A DNA stretch of 64,000 nt from the human T2T-CHM13v2.0 reference genome, Homo sapiens. Shown here in pieces: positions 33,115-49,852 of this stretch. Both the position numbers and the translations under genes were made by a program. Position 1 is the stretch's first letter. Each line of letters opens with the position of its first letter. The notes below the pieces were generated by a model. That model had not been told where the DNA came from. It searched no databases and saw only the letters and a list, made by a program, of their open reading frames with translations. The DNA lies in the NCBI RefSeq assembly GCF_009914755.1, contig NC_060928.1. One strand, given 5' to 3'.

Positions 33115-33535
33115 GCTTTCTTTAAAACAACTTTCTATTTTGAAGTAAGTACAGATTCACAGGAAGTTGCAGAGAGGTCCCAGGTACCCTTCATCTGTAT
33201 CCTCCGATGGGTACATCTTATGTCACTAGAGTTATGTGAATGGAATCATGCAATTATGTGATCCTTTGAAATTTTTCACTTAATTGAATGCCCTTGAGAT
33301 CCACCTGTGTTGTTGTGTGCATCGGTAGTTTGTTCCTTTTAATTACTGAGTAGATTCCATGGTATGGATGTACCACAGGCTCTTTAACCATTCACCTATT
33401 GGAAGACATTTTGGTTGCTTTCAGTGTTGAACTGTTAACAACTCTTGCTGCTCTGAACAAACACAGGTTTTTATGTGGACATGAGTTTTATTTTTGGGGG
33501 AATAAATGTCTGGGAGTGGATTGCTGGGTCATTTC
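33115..33535 (-). mobile_element. Old L1M fragment
   Basis: agtagattccatggtatggatgtaccacagg...cattcacctattggaagacattttggttg is a reversed L1M ORF2 end/3'UTR. Confidence 0.7.
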
Positions 33536-33656
33536 ATAGTATTTTAAAAGATTCATTCTGCTTTGTGGACAATGAACTTTAGAGGATCAGATTGGCAGCA
33601 GGGAGACAATTTATTTTCAAAACAGCGGCTGAGTGATCCTTTTAAAATATAATCAT

Positions 33657-33943
33657 GGGCCGGGCGCGGTGGCTCACGCCTGTAATCCCAGCACTTTGGG
33701 AGGCCGAGGCGGGCAGATCACGAGGTCAGGAGTTCAAGACCAGCCTGGCCAATATGGTGAAACCCCATCTCTACTAAAAATACAAAAATTAGCTGGGTGT
33801 GGTGGCATGCACCTGTGGTCCCAGCTGCTTGGCAGGCTGAGGCAGAAGAATCACTGGAACCCGGGAGACGGAGCTTTCAGTGAGCCGAGATCACACCATT
33901 GCACTCCAGTCTGGGCGACAGAGCGAGATTCCGTCTCAAAAAA

Positions 33944-33997
<54 letters not shown>
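33657..33997 (+). mobile_element. AluS with tail converted to a (TA)n(TG)~23 microsatellite
   Basis: Alu body 33657-33943 followed by a TG run to ~33997. Confidence 0.9.
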
Positions 33998-34002
<5 letters not shown>

Positions 34003-34131
34003 GTGGTCTCCACTCTGCCTTTTCTTGTCTTCCTCCTTAGAGTAAAATGCAGAGTCCTTAAAATTGACAGCTTAAGGCCTCTCATGATCTGTCACTACCC
34101 CTTGCCTCTGGGACCTCATTTCTTGTACTCC

Positions 34132-34902
<771 letters not shown>

Positions 34903-35620
34903 CTCCTTCCCTCCCTCACTCCTCTCCAGCCCTACTGGTCTTGAACAGGCTAAAAATGTCCTGTCTCATGCAGGATTCTTGCTGTCAGTACTCCTTCTTC
35001 TTGAAATACTGTTTCCCCAGATACCTGTATAGCTCTCGCCCTCATCTCCTTTGGGTCTTTGCTCTTGTATCCCTTTCTCAGTGAGGCCTGCACTGATCAC
35101 CTATTTACAGCTGACTTACCTGCCCCTCCCTGCCCCCGCCCCCCATATCCTTTCCTGTCTGGCACCTATCACCATCTGTCATGCTGTATATTTACTTGTT
35201 TATTATTTGCTTCCATTGACTAGAATGCAAACTCCCTCAGGGCAGAGATTTTATCTGTTTTGTTCTCTACAGAGTCCACAGCATCTAAAATAATGCTTAG
35301 CACATAAAAGAGGCTCAATAAATATTTTCTGACTGAGTGACATGATGAAGCCCTGGCAGCAGTCTAAATGAGAGCCAAGACTGCTTGGACCAGTGTAGCG
35401 GCAGTGACGATGGAAGGAAGTGGGCAGATCCGGAATGCATTTAAGAAGCAACCTGTTCTGCTTTATATAGCTCTCAACAGTGGAAATTTTTTCCTTGTGT
35501 TGAACACAAATTTACGTCTTTGCTTCTCAGAACTGTTGGCCCTTGTGGCTATTCAGAGGAAGCTTAATCCCCTCCATCCTCTCTTTGGAATGAAATCTAC
35601 AACAGTTTTATCTTTCCTTC

Positions 35621-36468
35621 TGGGTTGGGAAAAACTCTAACTGCATTTTTCCTCTGCTCTCACACCACAACACTCATCAACATAGAAGACTTCTGTGACC
35701 AAACATGGGGGTTTTCTCCACCACCAAGCACTGGACACCAGCTGGTGCCACTTCAGTTCTGACACCATCTACCTGGAGATAGCATCAGATCACACAGGAT
35801 GAAGGCTCAGTCCCCAAGACTGCCCCCTCCACAGACACCAGTCGCAAGTGCGGGCCTCCGGAACTTCAGACCTACTGGCTTCACGTTGGGGTTCCTATGA
35901 CCCCCTCTTTGGGTTCAGTTAATTTGCTGGAGCAGCTCACAGAACTCAGGGGAACCGTTACTTACCTTTGCCAGTTTACTATAAAGGATATTCCAAAAGG
36001 TATAGATGAAGAAACGTGTAGGGTGAGATATGAGGGAAAAGGCTCAGGGCTTCCATGCCCTGCCTGGGCATGCCACCCTCCAGGAACCTCCACGTGCTCA
36101 GCTATCCAGAAGACTTTGGAACCCAGTTCCTTTTGGGTTTTTATAGAAGCTTCATGATGTCAGCATTCCTTCTCCCAGTGTATAGAGTGGGGCCCTCTCT
36201 GGCACGGGTATTAAGACCCACAGTCCTGCTTCTCAGAATAGGAGATTTGAAAGAAAAAAAAAAAAAGACCCACAGTCAGAAAGGTGGGGGGAAGATTAAA
36301 GTTCAGCCTTGGGGCAGGTGAGAGGAGGGCGGGGCAGAGTTTGCGTTTCCTCAGGCTTGCACCTGAGGCCTAACATACTCAACATTGTCACAAAAGATTG
36401 TAACAAGGGCTATGAGAGTTGTGAGCCAGGAACAGTGGATGAAAACCAATATATATCGTAACACTACA
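35621..36468 (-). mobile_element. LTR, MER21A-like
   Basis: Minus strand starts tgtagtgttacgatatatattggttttcatccactgttcctggctcacaactctcatagcccttgttaca, matching the recalled MER21A start. Confidence 0.75.
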
Positions 36469-37159
36469 CCTTTCTATGATGGTTTCTAAGACGTTTTTGG
36501 AATCCTTTTAAAGAGTAGAAGAGGACAGTCATCTTTGATCTAATTACCATTTTTTTTTTCACTAATAGAATCCTAGAATCATTAAGACTCTTTTAGTAGC
36601 AAGTGACAGAAATCCACTCAAATGGACTTAAGCAAATATGTTTATAGCTTGAATAATGCAGAGATATATCTGCAGGCATGGGTGCTCACATGGTGTTATT
36701 AGTAATCTACCCCTGTCCATTCTTGCCTCCAGTTTTCTTTGTGTTGATTCATTCTCTGGCAGGTCTTTCCTTTACAGTGTCTATCTGGCCACCAGCAGTT
36801 GTCAACTGTGTGCAAGAGATTATCTCTTTCCCATCAGCTCCAGAATTGACTATTGGCTAATTGGGTCTTGATAATGGATTAGTTTATTTGTCCATTGACC
36901 CTTCCAATATTATGACGTTGTGGCTATTTCCCTTCAGAGAACTGAAGAAATTTCCCCAAAGTCACCAAGCAAATCATTGAAGAAGTTAGCCCAATATTCT
37001 TCTCTTTATCAGTGTAGCAAATGTACCTTGTCAAGTTTCATAAATTTAACCTTTTATTCTCTATTCTTCACTTTCTTCCAACTCCTAAAGAAACATTCCT
37101 CCCAAAGAGCTGAAAGCACCATGGACATAAGTATGAGCTTAAGATATTTAATTTTTTTT

Positions 37160-37493
37160 TAATTTCATTATTATTATTATTATTGGAGACAGGGTCTCGC
37201 TCTGTCACCCAGGCTGGAGTGCAGTGGTGCAAACCTGGCTCACTGAAGCCTTGACCTCCTGGGCTCAGGCAGTCCTCCTGCTTCAGCCTTACATATAGCT
37301 GGGATCACAGGTTTCAGCCACCACGCTCAGCTTTTTTTCTTGTTTGTTTGTTTGTTTGTTTGTTTGTTTGTTTTTGGAGAGATAGGGTCTCACTTCATTG
37401 CCCAGCGTGGTCTTGAACTCCTGGGCTCAAGTGATCTTCCTGGTTTGGCCTCCCAAAGTGCTGGAATTACAGGCATGAGCCACTGCACCCAGC
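37160..37493 (-). mobile_element. AluJ-like with (TTA)n tail and (TTTG)n middle
   Basis: Reverse Alu body. Confidence 0.88.
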
Positions 37494-38308
37494 CACTTGA
37501 GATATTTAAGAGAATAAAATTGGATACTAAAGCCAGGAAGAAAAAAGGAGAAAAGAGTTAGGAAGAGAAAGTTGAGAATATACGATAACAGCAAGTCAAA
37601 CTGTTGGGGATTTAATTCCTAAGAAGAGTTTGCAGTCTTTTCCAGCAAGATCCATTTCCATCCTGGCCACTCTTAACTTTCTCTGGGTACTGTGCTACGA
37701 CAGGAAATGATCGGTTCATAATGGTTATTGGTGTTTAAGTCAAGGTTTTATTCCATACCATCACAGGAGGGCCACTTCCACAGAGAAGCTTCTGAAATGA
37801 GCCACTGAAATATAATCTTAAATATTGGCAACTTGCAGTTTTGTAACATCACACATTATACACTTTATTAGAATTTTTATAAATTAATGCATGCCATTTG
37901 CCCCCAGCCAAGAAAGCAGCTGGATTTGTCTGGTGTTCTGGTTGTCTGGAGTATTTCATGGTTTACTAACAAAGCTTCTGTAAGCACTAGTTTTTGGAAA
38001 CCAATAGAAATATGATTTCGCTTCTAAAATTGTGATAAGTGTCTAACTGACTTATATAAGAAATGTCCAGGCAGCTGGACTTTTTGGATCTGTTTTCTAG
38101 GCTAGGAAAGAACAAGGACTTTTATTTTTTTTTAACCTCTTCTTTGGTCTCCAAAAAGTAGCTGGTAACAGACTTTATATATTGCGTGAAGACCAACAGT
38201 GATCCTTTAACTTATTGTTTTCAGGTAATTCAAACTTGTGGGTCTTTCTCCCCACCACTCCAGCATCAAAAGTGAATGACTGCAAAGTCAGATTTTTCTT
38301 TTCCATAA

Positions 38309-38935
<627 letters not shown>

Positions 38936-39052
38936 GTGGTACTTATTGCAGCATTAGCAAACTAATACATATACATGGTACTTATTGCAGCATTAGCAAA
39001 CTAATGCATATACGTGGTACTTATTACGGCATTAGCAAGCTAATACATATGC
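38936..39052. repeat. Minisatellite, 3 x 39 bp, derived from an MLT1 LTR terminus
   Basis: Unit gtggtacttattgcagcattagcaaactaatacatatac at 38936, 38975 and 39014. Confidence 0.92.
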
Positions 39053-39316
39053 CATATATGTAGGTGTATGGTATATATACATATATGATAATCATATACC
39101 ATATGTAGATTATATGATAATCTCTATCAGAATGAGTTATGCCAAAAAGGTCAAGTATTTGATTTTTTTGCAAGTCTATCAGAACTTGTATGATTTCATA
39201 CATATTGACAGAAGACTTAAATATACACAACAGATATGTACACTTGGGCATGAACAGTGAGTTCTTAGGAGGCCACAGAACAAAGGGCCAATGTGTGGCT
39301 ATTAAGAATAGGGTCT

Positions 39317-39571
39317 GCACTTTGGGAGGCTGAGGTGGGCAGATTGCTTGAGCTCAGGAGCTCAGCTAGCCTGGGCAACATGGCAAAACACTGCCTCTAC
39401 AAAAAATAAAAAAAGTTAGCTGGGCATGGTGACATGCACCTTGGTCCTGGCTACTCGCAGACTGAGATGGGAGGATCACTTGAGCCCAGGAGTCCGAGGC
39501 TACAGTGACTTGTGATCACTCCACTGCACACCAGCCTGGGAAACAGAGTGAGACCCTGTCTCAGAAAAAAA
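39317..39571 (+). mobile_element. 5'-truncated AluJ-like
   Basis: Starts at gcactttgggaggctgagg; flanking aagaatagggtc / aagaacagggtc repeat. Confidence 0.85.
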
Positions 39572-41590
39572 AGAACAGGGTCCCTTGCTCATTTCCATCA
39601 CATCTCTGGAAATGTCCAATATGCCTTAATGAATTCAAGCACATCCCAGGAAATGGTGAAGGACAGTTACATAGGGCTAATGCCTCCAAGCTTTTTCTGA
39701 CACTACCACAAAAAGCATGGACAGAGAACAAGTTATTCTAGTTGAATCACTCATAAAAATTATTAAAGACATATATGAACATATTTTTAGTCAGCCAATC
39801 TTAACCTTGGCTGACTTAACCTTGGCTGGAAGAATTTTGAAAAATACTGATACTTGGTCCCCTCTCTTGAGCAATTAACACAGAATTTCTGAGGTGAGAC
39901 CTTGTTATTGGTGATTTAAACATATATCTTCAGGTGATTTTAATATACAACTATCTTGAAAACGATTGCTTGAAGCACTGGCAATGTCACTAGAATAAAC
40001 ACATCATGGTATGAAGGTTACCACATGGAAAACAAGTACACATTGGGATGCCTGAGCATTTTGCTATTTATGAGCAAACTGAGTATCTTCCTGTCTCCCC
40101 AAAGACAAAGTAAGTTACTGCAGTTAGAAAGCAATCACATCTGCTTGAAGTCTGGGCTAAGTGGGAAGTGAAAACGAAAGAAATGGATTTAATGTGAAGA
40201 GGACTGAGGCTAGCAAGATGACAAGTTTACTGGGTATAAAAGAAATAGTCCTTTTTAAGAGAGGGAAATACATTTAACTTATGCAGACACCTTCTGTGAG
40301 AGGTTAAGGAAGAGATTTAAAGTTTTAGTCTTTTACATTCTGACTCTTGGTTGCAAGAGACAGAAATCCAACTCAAACCAGATTAAGTACAAAGGGAAAT
40401 TTATTGGCTCATTCAACTTGGAAGAATGCCAAGCTTTCTCACAGGAAAGGAGGACTGCAGGAATTAAGAGTTTTTGGGATGAAAAATGGGTTCACTGATT
40501 CCAGAATTTTCTCTCTCTCCATCCAATTCTCACCTCTCCGTGTTGCAAAAAAGATGGCCTCCAGCAGCCATAAAGTGTCATCTTCCCAGCTTAAAACTCA
40601 CAACAGAAAGATGACTCTCACATGCTATCCTTGGACCAGGCATCATTGCCTGGGAGAGTAGGTCCTGTTATGAGCTACGCTTGGGCCATAAGACACCTCC
40701 AGAACCGCATATAGGAGGAAATGGTTCTCTAAGGAAGGGATGCTGAGTAGACAAGAGCAACTGCTCTCTTTTGCATCTTTAAGAGTGAGTTAACTAATAG
40801 CTCCTCTTTCAACCTTTTAATAAAAGCCATTTTTGTGGGATAAAAATATTCCTAAGTCAACTATAAAACCTTCTGTGAAATTGGAAGGGAAAAATGAAAG
40901 GACAAAGTCAGACACACAATCTTGAATATCAAAAGTGATAGATGACTTTATGCTTTGCTATCTCTCTTTTCTAGTTGGCAAAATTTAGAAGGATTGCTCT
41001 GGACAGACTTACCTGCAACAGTGACTTGAGACACACCGTGCTCTATGAATCAAGTCATGTATTTTCTATGATATGTATGACAATAGCTTTACTTAGGTTA
41101 CTTTCCCTTTAATGAAAGATCTAGTTTTTATTTTTTTCCCAAGTGGACTCCAGGCTTTCCAAGGATGGTCATCCATGAATTTGGGAGATAAGGACAGACC
41201 CATGGGTATGACCCTTTCCATGGTGAGCCCACTCCTTGAACCTATGAGGGCTTGTATTTTCAGCCTATTGAAATAATCACAACTATTCTGGATGTCTAAG
41301 AACACAGATCTGGTTTCAAATATAGATTTTTTTCAATTGAGTAAAGTTGAGAAAGATCCCTTTTTTTTTTTTTTTTTTAGAAACTTGTAAGCTGCTTATG
41401 TCCCAAGTGTCTCGTTATTGCCAATAGGAGGGCAACATGAATGTTTTTCTGAATGAAAGTCCAGGTCGTGCAATCTAGAATTACAAGGTTGTGGACTGTG
41501 TTAACTACTAATTATAGATGTGCCTGAGAAACAGGAAGACTTAGAGGTTAAGGGCATGGGCTCTGGAGCCAGTTGCTTGGATTTTTGATG

Positions 41591-42830
<1,240 letters not shown>

Positions 42831-44191
42831 TCCCTGGATCCAAATTTTTGTTCCACTGTTATGTATGAGACCCTAGGCAAGCTGTGACCTCTGAGTCCCA
42901 TTTTCCCCAGCTGTAAAAACAGGATAATCACGACTAACTCACTCCTCTGCCAGGTGGGCAGATCAGGCAGGCCAGGTTTGCCAGCTGCCCCAGGCCCGAG
43001 CTTGGCATTGATGGGGAAGCACAGGGAAGGTGAACTAGCCGAGGAGTGGCTCGGATGCACCCCAGTCTGTCTTTCCCCCCGCTGACAATGATTCAGTAAA
43101 TTCACTGTGACTTATTCTTAACTCGCCTGTTTTTTTCCCTGTCTCATTCTCAGGTTTTTGCTATTCTGGATTTCAGAAATAGTTTGGTTGCCAAAACTGG
43201 TTGAATGAGCTACTTTTAAAATTAATCAACTGATACAAAGTACTGCTTTGCACAGTGGTTCTAGCAATTCCCCTCCTCAGAACCGTCCTATAATAGAATG
43301 TTTTGACAAAATGGGAGGATTTCTAAAATTCACATTATGAGAACGACTTTTACCATCCATATCCAGGAAGATCCCAATGTTGTATACATCTTTCTTCCTA
43401 AACCAGAGCAGCAGGTAAATCAAGACGTGGATCATCACCGAAGAATCTTACATGGAGGTATCCAAAAATAGACATTTAAAATTTATTATTACGCACACCA
43501 ACGTAAGGTCCTCCTTGGGCTACTGGTTTAGTCCTAGCTGGATGGCGTCAGACTTTAGCTGTTTAATTTGAAGTTGGCTCAGTAGCTCATGTTTATGGAT
43601 AAATGAGCAAAACATTAAAGATCAAAAGCAAAAAATAAAATTACTATGGAATTCAATATTTCAGAAGCTGGAGCCGGGTAAATGTTACTGAAGTGTGGCA
43701 TTCAAAACGAAAGTTCCCCACTTATGATAATGCACCTAACAAGGAAATGAGATTGACACAGCAATTCTCTGTTTTGTTGTCCCCTGAGGTTAGAGATTAT
43801 GCAGTGCATGTTTCTGTTTTTAGTTTCTTTGGTAATTCCTGTGGTGAGAGACTACACTCTGCATATTTGTCACGGTTGCACTTCTCTCAGGTGCTGGGGT
43901 CTTTGAGGTAGCGCAGGAAATGCCGTTCTCATCTGAGCCTTGAATTCCATTTCTCCCCACCTCAGTTGCCCCAGGACATCCCCTTCCTATGGCTGATTTC
44001 TTTATTTATGTTAAGTTGCCAGGGAATTCCACAGGGGAAACATGAGTCTATCTTAACAACAGTTGTTGCTTTGAGAAATGTTGTTCAAGTGGGGGGCCCA
44101 ATGGCAAAATGTTTACATTCTTTATTTGACACCCCATTGTAATCCTGAGGCCTTTCAACACCAATCAAAGGTAAATTAAGAACAGGCAGCC

Positions 44192-44489
<298 letters not shown>

Positions 44490-44646
44490 GAACAGGCGAC
44501 CATGGAAGATCAGCATGGAGTTGAATGAAAAATAAACTTGTTAGGCTTCTTTTATGACAAAGAAACATGAGTTGGGATCCATTGACTCTTTGGTAATGTT
44601 TATTGTAGCTGAATCGTTGGGTACAAGTGTCATCAGTGAACCCAAC

Positions 44647-45129
44647 TGCATTAGTCAGAGCTTTCTAGGCTTTCTAGAGAAATAGAACATAGATAGTTAG
44701 ATAGATACATCTATTATAAGCAATGGGCTCACATGATAATGAAATTGAGTAGTTTCGTGATCTGCTGTCTGTAAGCTGAAGACTCAGGAAAGCTGGTGGT
44801 GTAGTTCCAATATAAGTCCATAGGCTTGAGAACCAGGAAAACCAATGGTGTAAGTTCCAGTTCAAGTGCAAAAGAAGACGAGTGTCAGAGCCCAAAAACA
44901 GGCAGAGAGTGAATTCTTCCTTACTCCCCATTTTTATTCTATTGAGACCTCCAATGGATTGGATGGGGCCCACCCATGTTAGGGAGAACAATCTGCTTTA
45001 CTCAGTCTCTTGACTCAAATGCTAATCTCAGCGAGAAACATCCTCACAGACACACCCAGAATAATGTTTAACCAAATATCTGGGCACCCTGTGGCCTAGT
45101 CAGGTCGACATGTAAAACTAACCATTACA
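44647..45129 (-). mobile_element. Solo MLT2 (ERVL) LTR
   Basis: Minus strand begins tgtaatggttagttttacatgtcgacctgactaggccacagggtgcccagat; 5-bp TSD ccaac at 44642-44646 and 45130-45134. Confidence 0.85.
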
Positions 45130-45896
45130 CCAACTCAGACCACCTTGAGAAGAGGAATGTATTGACTGACATAACTGGGATAAATGTGTGGCTAACAATC
45201 ACTATAGCAGTCAAGGCCGTAGCAACTGGAACCAAGACTTGGTGCTGGCATCCACTCTTCCTCCCTGCTTGCCTCAGTTTATCTTTGAGAATCCATCTCA
45301 GCCTCTCCTACTGCAGATTGACCCTGTCCACACGTCAGAGCCCACAGCTTCAACTTAGTAGCCTAGCACAAGAGAGTTCTTTCATCACAAGCTTGTATAT
45401 AAATCCTAGGGAAGGACACTGATTTGCTTTACTTTGGGACATTTGACTACCCTGGGACCAATCAATCTCTGCTGCCAAAGGATGGATATTGTGATTGATT
45501 GATCTGAGTCCAACGTTTACCACTACAGCCAGGGCAGAGGGTGTATTTCCGAAGGAGGGGATGTGATAGTTGTCATTAGAGACCAGGGCAGTCCATCCCT
45601 TGGCTGCCTGACACACATATGCATACAATCAGAAGAATGGATTCATTTCTTCTAACTGCCCCATGTTCAGCCAAAACACACTCACCCGTTTCCTATCAGA
45701 GTAACAACTTAATTTCACATCCAGTTATTGCATCTAGCTCCAAGGATAGGATTTCTGGGCAATGCCTTTTCCTCTTGGTCAAGTTCAAATGTGGCTCTTT
45801 ATGGTCCACCAACCTATGCCTAATTATCTATCTCCAAAATATCCAGCATATAATAATGGAGGTAAAGGAGGATAAATGCAATTAATCCCCCAGTTA

Positions 45897-46412
<516 letters not shown>

Positions 46413-46984
46413 AAAAGTTAGAAAAAGGGGCAGATGGAAAGCAAAATGTAGCAATCAACTTTTCTGTATCTTGCTAGACAGGGATAGCAAAGAGCCCTTT
46501 CTCTAGCAGTGAAACCCCTCCAAAAATCTAGTCACTTGATTTGAAGTGGTTTTACTGGCAAGCTTATAATGAAACAACAGGACGGACATAGCACATTTTC
46601 TTAAGAAGATGTGGAAGACATGCTCCCATCCCTGATGCCCATGCCATGCTCAAACCAGTCTGTTTAGGGGTGGGTGCCGTGCAGGTCATGTATTCCAAAA
46701 CCGAAACCAGACTTCAAGTCTGACTAGAGATTCAAGAACTGCTTCCACGCATGTCATTTAGGTGACAAAACATTAGCTTTTCAGGAAGAACTTTCTCATT
46801 TGGACCATTCATATTGGTCCAAATATCCTTTTTACCATATAACGCATACTTCCCTGCCTTGAAAGAAATACGAGCAATCCACATTCATTGTTTGAAAAGG
46901 AAAAAAATACAGGTGAACAACAATAAAAATATCCAGAGATGGTGACTGTCAACACTTTGACTTACATTCTTCTTAATGTTCTTT

Positions 46985-47142
46985 TTTAGTACATGATGTG
47001 TGTTTGTGTGTATGCATGTGTGTGTGTTTTAGTATATGCATGTGTGTTTGTGTATATGTTTGTGTTTTAGTATATGCATGTGTGTTTGTGTGTATGCATG
47101 TGTGTGTGTATGTTTAGTATATGCATGTATGTTTGTATGTGT
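46985..47142. repeat. Compound TG-rich repeat with recurring unit ttttagtatatgcatgtgtg
   Basis: Unit recurs about four times among TG runs. Confidence 0.85.
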
Positions 47143-47587
47143 TTGAAACATGGAATTATATTATGCGAGTTGTCTAAAGCCTGCTTTTCTCCTCCTGCCT
47201 TCCTAAAAGTTGATAATGGATGGCTCAGGGGTGAGGCCAGGGAGTTGGCCTTTTTGAGTGCCTGGGCCCTGGGGAGCATTATGTGCACGAATTCTCTTTT
47301 AAAATCAGGATTACCAACCCAGAAACATAGAAATAGTGGTCCCAGCCCAGAACTTGATGCCCTTGAACTACCCAAACCTTCCCTTGTCCCCCTCCTCATC
47401 ATCCTGAGGGTTGATTCCTCTTGATAGAAACCCTCTTCTTCCAGCCTCCCTTCTCTTTCTTCTCTCTGTGACAGAGACTCCTGTTTTCAGCCTTATGGGA
47501 AGTTCTTCATGAACATTTTGATGGTTTGTGGGACCAATGGGACATAATATATGAAATCACAACTGTCCTGGAATCTCCAGGACCAGA

Positions 47588-47680
47588 GGTCACCATCAGA
47601 CATCAGAGTAAGTGTTTAGATCCTGACAGATCCTCTCTGGACCAGGACCTAAACACTTAGTCTGATGTCTGATGGCGACC
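47588..47680. repeat. Inverted repeat, 38-bp arms (3 mismatches), 17-nt spacer
   Basis: ggtcaccatcagacatcagagtaagtgtttagatcctg (47588-47625) versus caggacctaaacacttagtctgatgtctgatggcgacc (47643-47680). Confidence 0.95.
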
Positions 47681-48159
47681 CCACACTTGGGTCTGTGGGC
47701 AATAACTCCAGGTTCTTTCATGAAGACTGAATTTTAGGATTGGGGTCAGGACAGTTTTTTTGTTTCTTCCTTTCTTCTCCCCTCATGTTCCTCTGGCCAT
47801 GGTACCCCCAAACCTCCAATAGGACGAAAACTGAGTTTGGAGCATGGGCCAGAAGCTGCAGACTTGGCCAATATGCATAACCTGACCTGTCTTGGGGAGA
47901 CAGTACTTCATCCCATCCCGCACTTCCTCGTGCATCTCTGCTGTGCATCTCTGTTGTATGTTTAAAGTGACAGAAATGCTGTTTTATGCATTTTCACAAA
48001 ATGATCTCTCAGCCCAGTTTTGAAAATGTCAGTGGCCATGTTGAAGGTGAGTCAGTAGATGGATAAGAACTCTGTGGAAGTTTAAGTCTTAATCTTTTTT
48101 TTTTTTTTTTTTTTTGTGGCTTCGGGTCAAATAATATCCAGCACTGGTAGTGCTACCAC

Positions 48160-48750
48160 CAGAGTGATCCTTTTTAAAAGTGAGTCAGCTCTTGTCAGTT
48201 CTCTGCTCAAATCCATCAGTGGATTCCCCTCTCACTCGGGCTAAAGCTCACACACACCGCAGAGGCCCTTATGATCACATCTCTTTTCCCCACCGTGTGA
48301 CCTCACCCTCCTGCGCTTACCCCACTCCATCCACACCAGTCTGGCTGTTTCTGGAGCCCTCAAGGAGCAGCCTTGTTTCAGGGTCTCTGAGCTTGCTGTT
48401 CTCTCTGCCTGGAACTCTCTTCCCCTCAGATCCATGGGGTTGCTCCTTCAGCTCCTTTATGTCTCTGATCAAATTCTCAGTGTGAGCAAGCATGCCCTGA
48501 GGGAGAGATCAAAGGTTGCCTTCTCAGTGAGACCCTCCTACCCTGCCCTGCCCTTACACTCACTAACACCCTCCACTTTCTCTCTGCAGCCTTCATCACT
48601 TTGCAGTATCCCTTCTGCTTGTTTCCTTTGTTCATTGTCTACCTCTCACTAGAATGTAGATTCTGTGGAGGCAGAGACTTTTGCTCACTGCAGTATCTCC
48701 ATTGCAGACAAGAGTGCCAGGCTTGATAAATATTTGTCAAATAAATAAAT
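48160..48750 (+). mobile_element. L2 3' fragment
   Basis: ctagaatgtagattctgtggaggcagagac...ataaatatttgtcaaataaataaat is an L2 3' end. Confidence 0.75.
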
Positions 48751-49852
48751 TGAAGGCAATTTCCTCAGAGGCTAAATAATCATCATCTAGAACTCCTTCT
48801 CCTTTTAAGTACAGATGCCCACTCATTAACGCAATAGATATAAGTTGGCCGTAACATAAAATCTATTTGTCTCTTGATTTTCATTATGGAATTAAAGATG
48901 CATTTCTATGAAAGAAAAAAAAAAAAAACTCCCAGGAGATTAAACAAGGATTAGGAAAACTTCCAAACCTATAACATTCCGGGCGTCATTGTCATGCTGT
49001 ATACTTGCTGCCTTGGCATTCACCTATCAGTTCCTGCTGCTTTGTAACATTGCAGCCCCTATCTTGGTTTCCAAGGAGGCTTTTTTTTTAAATGCCAGGA
49101 TCCCCTTACTCCACACTCAACAATGTTCTGAACCTCTTTCTCTTTTCCTTCTCCTTGTGCCTAATGTGTAATGCTATTATCAAAAGGTTACAAAGCACAC
49201 CACCTTACAAATACAAATGAAGTCAGAACATTAGAAATGCAGATATCCTGTTTTATCCTCAGGCCCTGCAGCATCTCTTGCCCTGAAAATACCTCACCTA
49301 ACAAAGATTTCTTGGAGTCCTCAAAGGGCCCCACAACTTGAATGTCACCTACGGACACCATTTGGTGTCCGCCATGCTCTTTTTCTCCTGCTTAGTTGGT
49401 ACCCAGTGCCAAAACACCACCTGAAGGCTCTCATCATTATCAGTGGTGGTGGCTGTCTACTGGGAGCATGCCATAGCGTTATAGGCTAAGGGTGCCATCT
49501 CCTGATGCTCCCAAGGCTGCCAGTTCTCCAGACATCACTCTGAGAGAAGGACAAAAGTCCCAGTGCCAAGTGCATTGCTGCATTTGGTCCTCTGGGCATA
49601 GAGGAGCAGCACTGCTTGTTTTCTTTTTGATTGTTTATCGTCTTTCTGAAGCTTTGGAATGACAGTTGACTTCTACCATTTCTACCAAGGTTTCAAAAAT
49701 CTCAAGGTCAAGTTTTGATTAGTACTCTAGCCGAGGATTCCATGGGTTACTGCTGCAAGGATTGGAATTTTCCCCGGCGGGAGGTTTGGGAATGGGAATC
49801 TTGAGAAAATGATCCACATCTTGCTGCAAGGATCACTGTTCTTTTCTGTTTC

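Noticed and set aside
38936-39052. CRISPR-like look of the 39-bp repeats
   Set aside because: Copies are directly adjacent with no unique spacers, derive from an LTR end, and the DNA is human
39800-39829. 15-bp tandem duplication cttaaccttggctg(a/g)
   Set aside because: Ordinary slippage event inside an old DNA-transposon-like fragment
41419-41437. CTCF-like string tgccaataggagggcaac
   Set aside because: Spacing does not fit the CCASYAGRKGGC core
46798-49371. Short palindromes atttggacca-N7-tggtccaaat (46798-46824) and cggacacca-tt-tggtgtccg (49352-49371)
   Set aside because: Arms of 9-10 bp are within chance expectation for 64 kb
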